The notes under the pieces were generated by a model that had not been told where the DNA came from, ran no database searches, and worked only from the letters and a program-made list of their open reading frames with translations. A stretch of DNA of 64,000 nt, from contig JBGSKF010000020.1 of the NCBI GenBank assembly GCA_041741375.1, positions 7,889 through 71,888 of the forward strand, read 5' to 3'. Of the stretch, positions 7,558 to 16,191 are shown piece after piece (positions within the stretch are counted from its first letter, which is position 1; each line of letters opens with the position of its first letter). The DNA comes from Gemmatimonadales bacterium. Lineage in GTDB: Bacteria; Gemmatimonadota; Gemmatimonadetes; Gemmatimonadales; GWC2-71-9. A program made the position numbers and the translations under genes.

Positions 7558-8751
7558 TCACGGTGTTGCCGCCCCATTCTCCGGACGACGGGTCGGTTCC
7601 CAGACAGGGTCGAGCTCTCCCCGCAGGGCGCGAAACCATGCCACCAGACCTGCGACGGCCGCACTGGCCGCGAACGTGACCATGGCGACAGGCCGGGCCA
7701 GTCTCGCCCCCCTGGCCTCCAACCACAAGCCTGCGGCGGCTACCACGACCACGATCCCCATCATACCCCAGAGAACCCGGGCGGGGGGCCAAGCCAGGCC
7801 CAGCACCCCGAGGCCCGCAAGGGCAAAAGGCAGGGCCAGGAAAACCATCCACCGGAGGAGCTTGTGGACCAGGAGCATCCAGGCAAACGAGCCGTACTCC
7901 CGGGGATTCAGGAGGTGTCGCTTGAACCAGAGAGTCTCGAGGCCCCGAGTCATGGTCCGCACCTTCCTCCGGTATTCCGCCCGCAGCGTGGTCGTCCGGG
8001 GAACGAGGGCCGTCGCATTGTCGACGGACACTGATCGGAATCCGTGCTCCCGCGCGATCAAGGGGGACGCGAAGTCCCGGCTCAGCGCCTCTGGAAAGAT
8101 GGAATCGAAGAGGCCGCGCCGGATGCCATAGAAGCATCCGCTCGCCCCGACAATCGAGGAGACGCGGGTTTCCATGCGGCGCACCCACATTTCGTAACCC
8201 ACATAGCGGGATTCCCCTCGGTTGGCATCGCGCTTCAGGGAGCTCACGCTGATATCCCGTCCCGAGGCCACGCCCACGCTCGGATCCCGGAAGGCCGCCA
8301 CCAGGGCCTTGAGGGAGCCCTCCGGAATCCGAATCGTCGCATCGGTATTGACCACGATGGTTCCTCGGAGCGCCGGGGCCACCGCGTTCTCCGCCGCGGT
8401 CTTCCCTCCCCGGCGGGGGAGCCGAATCAACCTCACTCCCCGGTCGGCAAACTCCGCCACAATGTCATCCGTGCCGTCGGTGCTGGCGTCGGAAACCACC
8501 ACGATGTGCCTGCGGTCGGGAGGATAGTCCAGTGCCAGCAGGGATTCGAGCGTGGTCCGGATGGCCCCGGCCTCATTGTAGACCGGCACCGAGATCGTGA
8601 CCTCCGGCCACTCTTCCCCACTCCCGTGATTGGACGGGGACGCGACACGGTGCCGCGCCGGCACCAGCGCAAGCACCACCGGGTAGACCAGGTAGGCCGC
8701 CGCGAAAAGGAGAACCGGCACGGAGATGAGGAGCAGGGACACCCAGATCAT
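7558..8751 (-). CDS. Glycosyltransferase family 2, membrane-embedded (synthase-like topology)
   Basis: ORF 7558..8943 is trimmed to ATG 8751 (ATGA overlap with the GT4 stop). Motifs: ISVPVYNEAGAIRTTLESLLALDYP, IVVVSDASTDGTDD, VNTDAT, ASGCFYGIRR. TM helices occur at both ends. Confidence 0.85.
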   Translation of the reverse strand: MIWVSLLLISVPVLLFAAAYLVYPVVLALVPARHRVASPSNHGSGEEWPEVTISVPVYNEAGAIRTTLESLLALDYPPDRRHIVVVSDASTDGTDDIVAEFADRGVRLIRLPRRGGKTAAENAVAPALRGTIVVNTDATIRIPEGSLKALVAAFRDPSVGVASGRDISVSSLKRDANRGESRYVGYEMWVRRMETRVSSIVGASGCFYGIRRGLFDSIFPEALSRDFASPLIAREHGFRSVSVDNATALVPRTTTLRAEYRRKVRTMTRGLETLWFKRHLLNPREYGSFAWMLLVHKLLRWMVFLALPFALAGLGVLGLAWPPARVLWGMMGIVVVVAAAGLWLEARGARLARPVAMVTFAASAAVAGLVAWFRALRGELDPVWEPTRRPENGAATP

Positions 8752-9872
8752 GCGCGCGGAACTCCTGGTCGGGGTACAACATCGGCGTAGAGTGCCGCGT
8801 GGGAATCCAACCATTCGCCGTACCGCATGCTCCCGTCCCGGGCGGCCACCTCCCGGGCCCGGAGCCGGGCAGGATCGAGATGGCCAAGGGTGTCGCGAAT
8901 GGCCCGGGCAAGAGCCTCGGGGTCGGCAGGCGGGACCAGGCACGCATCCTCGCGAACGAGGTCGGGCACTCCCCCGACGGCCGTGGCCACTACCGGTACT
9001 CCCGCCGCCAAGGCCTCCAGAATGACCATCGGGGTCCCTTCGGTTCGAGAACTGAGCACCAGCAAGTCAAATGCCCGAAGAAGGCGGCCGGCGCCCGGCA
9101 CGGCTCCGTGCCAGGTCACCCTTTCCCCCAGCCCCAGACGCCGCGATTCCGACAGGAGAAAATCCCGCTCCGGGCCATCCCCGAGAACCGATACCTGTAC
9201 CGGGAGGTCGCGGATCCGGGACAACGCCTCCAGAAGAATATCCGCTCCCTTTTCCCGGCCGAGTCGGCCCGCCCAGCCGAGGGTGAGTCGCTCCCCCTCT
9301 ATCCCGAGACTCGACCTCGCCTCCTCCCGGGAAAGAAAGGTTCCCGGAGCGAGCGCGTTCGGTATGCAGCGCAGTCCAGCGGACGGGACCCCAGCCCGGG
9401 CCAGCCGGTCCCGAATTGCCCGAGACACCGCCACCACCCCGTCCGCCCTCCGAAGAGCACGGAACTGGAGCCACTCGTACACACGGTTCTTCCAGTCCCC
9501 CCCTGTGAATCCGTGCACCGTGCTCACCTGGGCCCACCCGGCCCTCCGGGCAGCGATGCCTCCCACTACGTCGGAGCGATGCCCGTGGGTATGGAGCACA
9601 CCTCCCCCCGGGGGCAACACTCCCACGAGATCATTCACCTCCCGATCATACCGGCGACGGGGAGGGGTGATCGCCAGCACCTCGAGCCCGAGGACTCGCG
9701 CCCGATCCACAAACGGGTGGCCCGCCCCCCCCACCCCGTCCAGCACCGCCACCACCCGCACTTGAATTCCCCGTCCACTCTGCCCGGCCGCCAGCCCGAG
9801 GACCACCTCCTCCAGCCCACCAAATAGGGCAGGGGCAAGGAGATGCACTACGGGCCGGTCAGACCGTTGCAT
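8748..9872 (-). CDS. Glycosyltransferase family 4 (GT-B)
   Basis: GWAGRLGREKGADILLEA..VLGDGPER..LVLSSRTEGTPMVILEALAAGVPVVATAVGGVPDLV. Confidence 0.85.
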   Translation of the reverse strand: MQRSDRPVVHLLAPALFGGLEEVVLGLAAGQSGRGIQVRVVAVLDGVGGAGHPFVDRARVLGLEVLAITPPRRRYDREVNDLVGVLPPGGGVLHTHGHRSDVVGGIAARRAGWAQVSTVHGFTGGDWKNRVYEWLQFRALRRADGVVAVSRAIRDRLARAGVPSAGLRCIPNALAPGTFLSREEARSSLGIEGERLTLGWAGRLGREKGADILLEALSRIRDLPVQVSVLGDGPERDFLLSESRRLGLGERVTWHGAVPGAGRLLRAFDLLVLSSRTEGTPMVILEALAAGVPVVATAVGGVPDLVREDACLVPPADPEALARAIRDTLGHLDPARLRAREVAARDGSMRYGEWLDSHAALYADVVPRPGVPRA

Positions 9873-9902
9873 TGATCCAACTTACCGTTGCGACGCCGCA
9901 AC
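9863..9902 (+). promoter_or_regulatory. Tandem ACCGTTGC (x2, 21 bp apart) plus inverted repeat GTTGCG-acgc-CGCAAC in a divergent promoter region
   Basis: ACCGTTGC occurs at 9863-9870 and 9884-9891. The inverted repeat spans 9887-9892 and 9897-9902. The site lies between the minus GT4 start (9872) and the plus operon start (about 10058). Confidence 0.3.
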
Positions 9903-10057
9903 ACATCACGAGCTTCCCTTTCATCACGGAATTCAAGCCGGGTCTGGGGGATCGAGTCCACCAGGACCCGTTCAACCGGCACGGGTCTGGCAGGTCGGGA
10001 GCAATGGAAGATACGTACCACCCCGAACGCCCCTTCACCCGATTGGCAAAGCGGACC

Positions 10058-12229
10058 ATGTCTCCAGCCCACACGCTGATCACGAGGGGTCCACTGTCCA
10101 TCGTCCTGCTCGGCACCGCCCTCCTGGCCATCGGGCTTCTGCATCCCGGATTCCAGTCCGCGGACGGGTTTCGCGCCGAGATCATTCTCCCCCTGGTGGC
10201 GGGCCTGGGGTTGGTGACGATCGGAGCGACTTCCCGTTCGAGCTTCGCCTCCTGTGCACGCTGGTCCGTCCTTGGGGGAGCAGGCCATGCGGCGACCCTC
10301 CTGCTGACCAAGGCGGGGCCCACCCTCCGGTACCAGCACCTCTCTCCCTTTTCCGAGTTGCTGTCGTCCCCGGCGCACGCCGGACTCCTGCTCATCCTGG
10401 TCACCCAAGCGCTGGTGGTGGGTTGGGCCGTTCACCGGCGTCGCGCCGGGTGGCCCACGATGGTGACGGGATGGCGGCTGGTTCTGTTTCTCGGGATGTG
10501 GTTTCTCTCCTCCGCCACCATCGGCCGCCCGGTCATCACCTACCCCCTGGAGCTCCTGTTCGCCTTCACTCTCCAGGTGATACACACAGCCACGCTCCTC
10601 CTCGCCATCCTTTCGCTCCCCGCCGACACCGCCGAGCGGCTGGCATCCTGGGTTCGGCGCGGGCCCGAGCCGGGGAGGGAGGAAGACCACGCGGTGTCCC
10701 CCCCGTTCATCGACCGGTTCGTGCTGGGGTGCGCCCTGTTCTCGACCGTGGTGGCCGCGACACTCGCATGGTTCATCTACGAGCGCCACCCCCACGTTCC
10801 CGACGAGGTGGCCTATCTGCTTCAAGCCCGTACCTTCGCCGAGGGCTGGCTCGCACTTCCGCTTCCCCCGGTGCCCGAGGCGTTCGAAACCTACCTCTCG
10901 GATTTTGGATCCCGAGGGTGGACCATCGCCGTGCCACCCGGGTGGCCCGCCGCCCTGGCCATCGGCGTCGCGGTCGGCGCAGGCTGGCTCGTCAACCCGC
11001 TCCTCGCGGGGCTGAACGTGGTCCTCGCGGGCCTGGTTCTCTCGCGCTTGTACGACCGAGGGACGACGCGGTGGGCCGTTCTCCTCCTGGCCACCTCACC
11101 CTGGCATCTCTTCCTGGGCATGAGTTACATGACCCACATGTGGACCCTCGCCTGCGCCCTCCTTGCGACTCTCGGCGTCCTTCGGGCCCGGGAAACGGGG
11201 CAGGCCCGGTGGACCTGGCTCGGGGGGATCGCCCTCGGCGTCATGGGGGTCACGCGACAACTCGATGCGATGATCCTGGCCCTCCTGCTCGGGATCTGGG
11301 CCCTCGGCCTGGGCGGGCGACGTCTCCGGCCCACCGCCATCGCGGGGCTCGTCCTCGGTGGCGCCGTGGGCGCCTCCCCGGTTCTGGCCTACAACAAGTA
11401 CCTCACGGGGAATGCCCTCACCTTTCCCGTGATGGAGTTCATTGCGGCGCGCTTCGGGCCGGGGGCCAACGCCTACGGGTTCGGGCCGGACCGGGGAATG
11501 GGGTGGCCCCTGGACCCCCGCCCGGGCCACGACGTCCTCGATGGGCTGCTGAACACCAACCTGAATGTCACCGCGATGCACGCTGATCTCTTCGGGTGGC
11601 CGATCGGATCGCTGGTGCTGGTGTTTCTGGTGTTGGTGACGCGCATTCGCGGATCGGACCGGCTCATGGTGGTGGCGTGCGTGACGGTCGCGGCGGCGTA
11701 CTTCCTCAATTACTTCTCGGGGGGACCGGACTTCGGAGCCCGGTACTGGCACCTGATGGCGGTTCCTCTCGCGGCCCTCACCGCACGTGGCATCGAGGTC
11801 GTGGGGCGCGGCCTTGGAGGTCCCGCGGGTGAGGGTCGGGCACACCTGGGGCTCGCTCTCCTGGTGATCAGCGGTCTCGTCCTCTTCGTCCCCTGGCGAT
11901 CCCTGGACAAGTACAGGGATTTCCGGGGCATGCGTCCCGATATCCGACGGTTGGCGGACCAGTTTTCCCCCGGACCATCTCTGATTCTGGTCCGGGGCCG
12001 GGACATGCCCGACTACGCCTCCGTTGTCATCTACAACCCCGCATCGGTGACGGGCCCGGGCCCGGTCTACGCGTGGGACCGATCTCCCGCGGTCCGATCC
12101 CGGCTGCTCGACGCCTATCCCGATCATCGCGTCTGGGTGGTCTCGGGGCCCTCCGAAACCGGAGCGGGGTACCGCGTGGACATTGGGCCCCTGTCTCCCG
12201 ACCAGGCCCGGGCGGTTCTGCTCCAATGA
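10058..12229 (+). CDS. GT-C-fold membrane glycosyltransferase (ArnT/PMT family-39-like) with extra N-terminal multi-TM region
   Basis: ORF 9872..12229. The start is uncertain (ATG 10058 or ATG 10004). HPHVPDEVAYLLQARTFAEGW is the first-loop DE motif of ArnT/PMT-like enzymes, and more than 12 hydrophobic segments are present. The motif is preceded by about 270 residues, of which about 210 form the extra TM block. Confidence 0.7.
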   Translation: MSPAHTLITRGPLSIVLLGTALLAIGLLHPGFQSADGFRAEIILPLVAGLGLVTIGATSRSSFASCARWSVLGGAGHAATLLLTKAGPTLRYQHLSPFSELLSSPAHAGLLLILVTQALVVGWAVHRRRAGWPTMVTGWRLVLFLGMWFLSSATIGRPVITYPLELLFAFTLQVIHTATLLLAILSLPADTAERLASWVRRGPEPGREEDHAVSPPFIDRFVLGCALFSTVVAATLAWFIYERHPHVPDEVAYLLQARTFAEGWLALPLPPVPEAFETYLSDFGSRGWTIAVPPGWPAALAIGVAVGAGWLVNPLLAGLNVVLAGLVLSRLYDRGTTRWAVLLLATSPWHLFLGMSYMTHMWTLACALLATLGVLRARETGQARWTWLGGIALGVMGVTRQLDAMILALLLGIWALGLGGRRLRPTAIAGLVLGGAVGASPVLAYNKYLTGNALTFPVMEFIAARFGPGANAYGFGPDRGMGWPLDPRPGHDVLDGLLNTNLNVTAMHADLFGWPIGSLVLVFLVLVTRIRGSDRLMVVACVTVAAAYFLNYFSGGPDFGARYWHLMAVPLAALTARGIEVVGRGLGGPAGEGRAHLGLALLVISGLVLFVPWRSLDKYRDFRGMRPDIRRLADQFSPGPSLILVRGRDMPDYASVVIYNPASVTGPGPVYAWDRSPAVRSRLLDAYPDHRVWVVSGPSETGAGYRVDIGPLSPDQARAVLLQ

Positions 12230-13260
12230 CAGCACCAGCCAAGACGGAGCCGTGGATGACCGTGTACCGCGACGTTCCGGTCCTGATCCTCGGAGCCACG
12301 GGCTTCATCGGGCGCTGGGTTGCCAGGTATCTCACCGCTGCTGGAGCTGAACTGCACCTTGGGGTCCGATCCCGGGAGGGATTGAAGACTCTCGAGCGGG
12401 AGTACGGGATTCGAGGACGTCCCGTGGAGATGGACCTGGAGCGAGGCCGATCGCTCACGGCTGCCGTGCGCGGCCGTCGGCCTGCCATCGTTTTCAATCT
12501 GGCCGGGTATGGAGTGGCCCGGGAGGAGACCGACCCGGGAAAGTCACAGCGGATCAACGCGGACGGCGTGAGTCTTCTGGTGTCCGAGTTGGTCGGGGGA
12601 GATTCGGCTCCGGAGTGGCCCGGTCTCCGCCTGGTTCAGGCAGGTTCCGTGCTGGAGTATGGACCGGTAGGGGGAGACCTGGACGAGGAAACGGTGGCGC
12701 GTCCCGACACGGTGTACGGGAAGAGCAAACTGGAGGGGACCGCGCACATCGTGGAAGCGGTTACTCGGGGCACCCTCGCCGCCGTGGTGGCGCGGCTGTT
12801 CACCGTATACGGCCCGGGAGAGCATCCGGGACGACTGCTCCCCACGCTGATCGCGGCGCGGACGACCGGAGGGCTGGTGCCATTGACCCTGGGTGCTCAG
12901 CGGAGAGACTTCCTCTGGGTGGACGATGCCGCACGCGGCCTCCTTCGCCTGGGGGCAACACCTTCACCCTCCCCGGCAGCGGCGACACCTGGCCCGGAGC
13001 CCATCGTGAACCTGTGCACCGGACGTCTCACCGAGGTGAGGTCCTTTGTCCGCGAGGCCGCAGCGCTCCTCGGAATACCCGAGGAGCGCCTGGGATTCGG
13101 ACTTCGAACTGACCCCCGCCCGGAGTTGGAGCATTTGCCCGCCACCGCCGCACGGCTTCGAGCGCGCGTTGGCTGGGTGCCGGGGACGCTCCCGAGAGAG
13201 GGAATCCGACGCACTCTGGACTTCCTGGAGGGTCCTGACAGGCACGGGACTTGCTCCTGA
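12226..13260 (+). CDS. NAD-dependent epimerase/dehydratase/reductase (extended SDR)
   Basis: ORF 12073..13260 is trimmed to ATG 12226 (ATGA overlap). Motifs: VLILGATGFIGRWVARYL and the catalytic YGKSK. Confidence 0.8.
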   Translation: MTAPAKTEPWMTVYRDVPVLILGATGFIGRWVARYLTAAGAELHLGVRSREGLKTLEREYGIRGRPVEMDLERGRSLTAAVRGRRPAIVFNLAGYGVAREETDPGKSQRINADGVSLLVSELVGGDSAPEWPGLRLVQAGSVLEYGPVGGDLDEETVARPDTVYGKSKLEGTAHIVEAVTRGTLAAVVARLFTVYGPGEHPGRLLPTLIAARTTGGLVPLTLGAQRRDFLWVDDAARGLLRLGATPSPSPAAATPGPEPIVNLCTGRLTEVRSFVREAAALLGIPEERLGFGLRTDPRPELEHLPATAARLRARVGWVPGTLPREGIRRTLDFLEGPDRHGTCS

Positions 13261-13340
13261 GTGTCCCGATATCGAAACCCACCCGATCCTGCAACATCCC
13301 CTCGTTGCACGGTCCGCCTCTGACCCGCGGGAGCCCTCAC

Positions 13341-15401
13341 ATGCTCGTGTATCTGGCCGACCTTGGGCACAATCAGGTCACCCTGAGCTCGGACATCTAC
13401 CCGATCTCGGTGGCCAACTGCGCGGCCTACGCGCAGGCGAATATCCGGAGTCGCAACCGCGTGGACTTCCGCGTCTTCCGGGAACCGGAAGATCTGATCG
13501 CCGCCCTGGACGCCCAGTCCCCCGACGTCCTGGGCCTGAGCAGCTTCGCCTGGAACCACAACCTCTCCCGCCATTTGGCCCGCCACGCCAAGCGCCGGTC
13601 AGCCGGGACCGTCACGCTGATGGGGGGACCGAACTATCCCCTGACCGCACCTGAACAGCAGCAATGGCTCGCCGGGATGCCCGAGATCGACATCGCCGTT
13701 CGGGGACCAACCTATGAAGGGGAGCGAGCCTTCGTCGCCATGTTGCAGCGGCTGGTGGACGTGGACGGCCAACTGGCGGAGGCGCGGGCCGAGCCGGTAC
13801 CGGGAAATCATTGGATCGATCCGCACGACGGACGACTGGTGTGTGGCCCGGCACTGGAGCGGATCCGGGACCTGGACGAGATCCCGTCGCCCTATCTGAC
13901 CGGGTGGATGGATCCCTACTATGCCAGTGGATACTTCCCCATGCTGCAGATTGCCCGGGGGTGTCCCTTCACGTGTCAGTTCTGCAACTCCTCGGTCCGG
14001 GACAACAGCAAGGTGTTTGCGCATTCGGTCGAGAACGTCTGTGCCGACCTGGACCACATCGCCGCGCGGATCCGTCCGGAGATTCCCCTCTGCTTCGCGG
14101 ATGACAACTTCGGGATGTATCCTCGCGACGAGGAGATCGCGGACTACCTGGCCCATTTGCAGGATCGCTTCGGGTGGCCGCGGTACATCCGGACCACGAC
14201 GGGAAAAAATCAGGCCGAGAGGATCATCCGGGTCATGCGGAAGGTGCGCGGGGCGATGCCGATGACGTCGGCCGTGCAATCACTCAACCCGGTGGTTCTC
14301 GAGAACATCAAGCGTTCCAACATCAAGCTGGAGACCTACTCCGCTATCCAGGAGGAAGTGCTTGCGCAGGGGATGCAGAGCTACGGCGAGCTCATTCTGA
14401 GCATGCCCGGGGAGACCCGCGCCTCCTTTATGAAGGCCGTGGAGGACCTTCTCGCGACGGGGGTCAAGCGGGTCTCCGCGCATCAGCTGATGCTGCTGCA
14501 TGGGGCACCCCTGGCCAGCCGGGAGAGCCGGGACCGGTTCGCGCTGGAGACCCGTTTCCGGCTCGTGGCCCGCAACATCGGCACCTACCTCGGAGAGGTG
14601 GTGGCGGAGGTGGAAGAGATGGTCGTGGCCACCCCGGACTTTCCGCTCGAGGATTACTTCGAGGCCCGCATTTTCCATCTGCTGCTGACGATCTTCCATT
14701 ACGAAGGAAATTTCGAGGAGGCCTTTGCCCTGGCCCGGGAGAACGGGGTCAGCGCGTATGACCTCGTGGTCCGCCTGCAGCACCTCCTTCCCGAGGCTCC
14801 GGAACCATTCCGGCGCCTGATCGCCGATTTCCGGCGCGAGAGCGAGGAAGAGCTCTTCCCCACGGCCGAGGCATGCGAAGCCGCGGCCCGGGAGCGGTTC
14901 GCGGAACTCCTGGACGGCAGCCTGGGAGGCAATCTGCTGAGCAAGTACTCGATGATCGGCCGGTTCTTTGTCACCCCGGACACCCTCGCGTTCCTGGAGA
15001 GCGGAGTCGCATCGGTTCTCGGCCTCACCCGCGCCTCGGAGTCGCCTGAATTGGGCGACATCATGGCGTACCTCCGGGCCACACTTCTCCACGTTCCCTT
15101 TGCCGAGGAGTTGGCCCGGACTCCCGGCTGGACCGGCCGATACGACATCGAGGCCTGGCGTGAGGATGGCTACGCCCGGCCTCTCGCCACCTATGTCCTT
15201 CCGGATCCCGTGACATTCGGCACCACGGTGGAACCCGGGCGGGCCGAGGCGATTCTCACGCGGCTCCGCACCTTCGGGGAGCACCCGCAGGGCATGGGGA
15301 AATTCACGCGCACCATGTTTGCCCGGGAATTGCGGCGCACCGTGACCACCCGGGGACCGTCATCCCTCCCGAGCGAGGTGCCGGCGGCGTATGGAACCTG
15401 A
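13341..15401 (+). CDS. B12-binding-domain radical SAM enzyme (class B-like)
   Basis: ORF 13251..15401 is trimmed to ATG 13341. The N-terminal cobalamin-binding-like region is DVLGLSSFAWNHNLSRHLARHAKRR..VTLMGGPNYP. The radical SAM cluster motif is IARGCPFTCQFCNS (CxxxCxxC). The C-terminal region of about 250 aa is unassigned. Confidence 0.8.
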   Translation: MLVYLADLGHNQVTLSSDIYPISVANCAAYAQANIRSRNRVDFRVFREPEDLIAALDAQSPDVLGLSSFAWNHNLSRHLARHAKRRSAGTVTLMGGPNYPLTAPEQQQWLAGMPEIDIAVRGPTYEGERAFVAMLQRLVDVDGQLAEARAEPVPGNHWIDPHDGRLVCGPALERIRDLDEIPSPYLTGWMDPYYASGYFPMLQIARGCPFTCQFCNSSVRDNSKVFAHSVENVCADLDHIAARIRPEIPLCFADDNFGMYPRDEEIADYLAHLQDRFGWPRYIRTTTGKNQAERIIRVMRKVRGAMPMTSAVQSLNPVVLENIKRSNIKLETYSAIQEEVLAQGMQSYGELILSMPGETRASFMKAVEDLLATGVKRVSAHQLMLLHGAPLASRESRDRFALETRFRLVARNIGTYLGEVVAEVEEMVVATPDFPLEDYFEARIFHLLLTIFHYEGNFEEAFALARENGVSAYDLVVRLQHLLPEAPEPFRRLIADFRRESEEELFPTAEACEAAARERFAELLDGSLGGNLLSKYSMIGRFFVTPDTLAFLESGVASVLGLTRASESPELGDIMAYLRATLLHVPFAEELARTPGWTGRYDIEAWREDGYARPLATYVLPDPVTFGTTVEPGRAEAILTRLRTFGEHPQGMGKFTRTMFARELRRTVTTRGPSSLPSEVPAAYGT

Positions 15402-16191
15402 CGTCGTGCCGGGCGCGCCTCAATTGTCCCTTATCGTCCCCTGCTACAACGAAGAGGAGGTCATCGGTCACACCCTCCCCCGACTGGCCGAGGCCTTTGC
15501 GGACGCGGGCATCCTGTTGGAGATGGTGGCGGTGGACAACGGATCGTCCGATCGGACCGGCGCCATCCTGCAGGATCTCGCGCTCCGGATTCCGTCGATC
15601 CACCCCCACCGGGTCCCGACCAACCGGGGCTATGGCTATGGTGTGCTCCAGGGCATTCCGCACGCCCATGCCCCGTGGCTCGGCATCATCCCGTGCGATG
15701 GGCAGGTGGATCCCGAGGACGTCGTCCGTCTTTTTCAGGCGGTGGCCGCCACCAACGGGAAAGTCCTGGGCAAGGTCCGGCGCCGGTTCCGGATGGACGG
15801 GCTCTCCCGCAAAGTGGTGTCGGTCACCTACAACCTCTTCGTCCGGCTCCTGTGGCCCCGGCTGCAATCGATCGACATCAATGGCAGCCCGAAGATTCTT
15901 CCGCGCGACGTGGCTCTGGCGATGGATCTTCAGTCCCATGATTGGCTTCTGGACCCCGAGATCATGATCAAGGCGCACTATGCCGGGCTGCGGGTGCTGG
16001 AGTTGAACGTGTTTGCGCGGATGCGGAGCGGGGGACGCTCGCATGTGACCGGAGGCACGGCGTTCCTCTTCGCACGGCAGCTGGTGCGATCCCGCCTCGG
16101 AGGCCAGTGGCACGGGTCGCACCCGAAACCGGTTTCCTCAGGGGCGGCCGAGTCCCCGCGCGGGCCCCGATCGGAGAGCCCTGCCCCATGA
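15391..16191 (+). CDS. Glycosyltransferase family 2, DPM1/GtrB/ArnC-like (polyprenyl-phosphate sugar synthase candidate)
   Basis: LSLIVPCYNEEEVIGHTLPRL..VAVDNGSSDRTGAIL..NRGYGYGVLQG..DGQVDPED. Confidence 0.8.
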   Translation: MEPDVVPGAPQLSLIVPCYNEEEVIGHTLPRLAEAFADAGILLEMVAVDNGSSDRTGAILQDLALRIPSIHPHRVPTNRGYGYGVLQGIPHAHAPWLGIIPCDGQVDPEDVVRLFQAVAATNGKVLGKVRRRFRMDGLSRKVVSVTYNLFVRLLWPRLQSIDINGSPKILPRDVALAMDLQSHDWLLDPEIMIKAHYAGLRVLELNVFARMRSGGRSHVTGGTAFLFARQLVRSRLGGQWHGSHPKPVSSGAAESPRGPRSESPAP

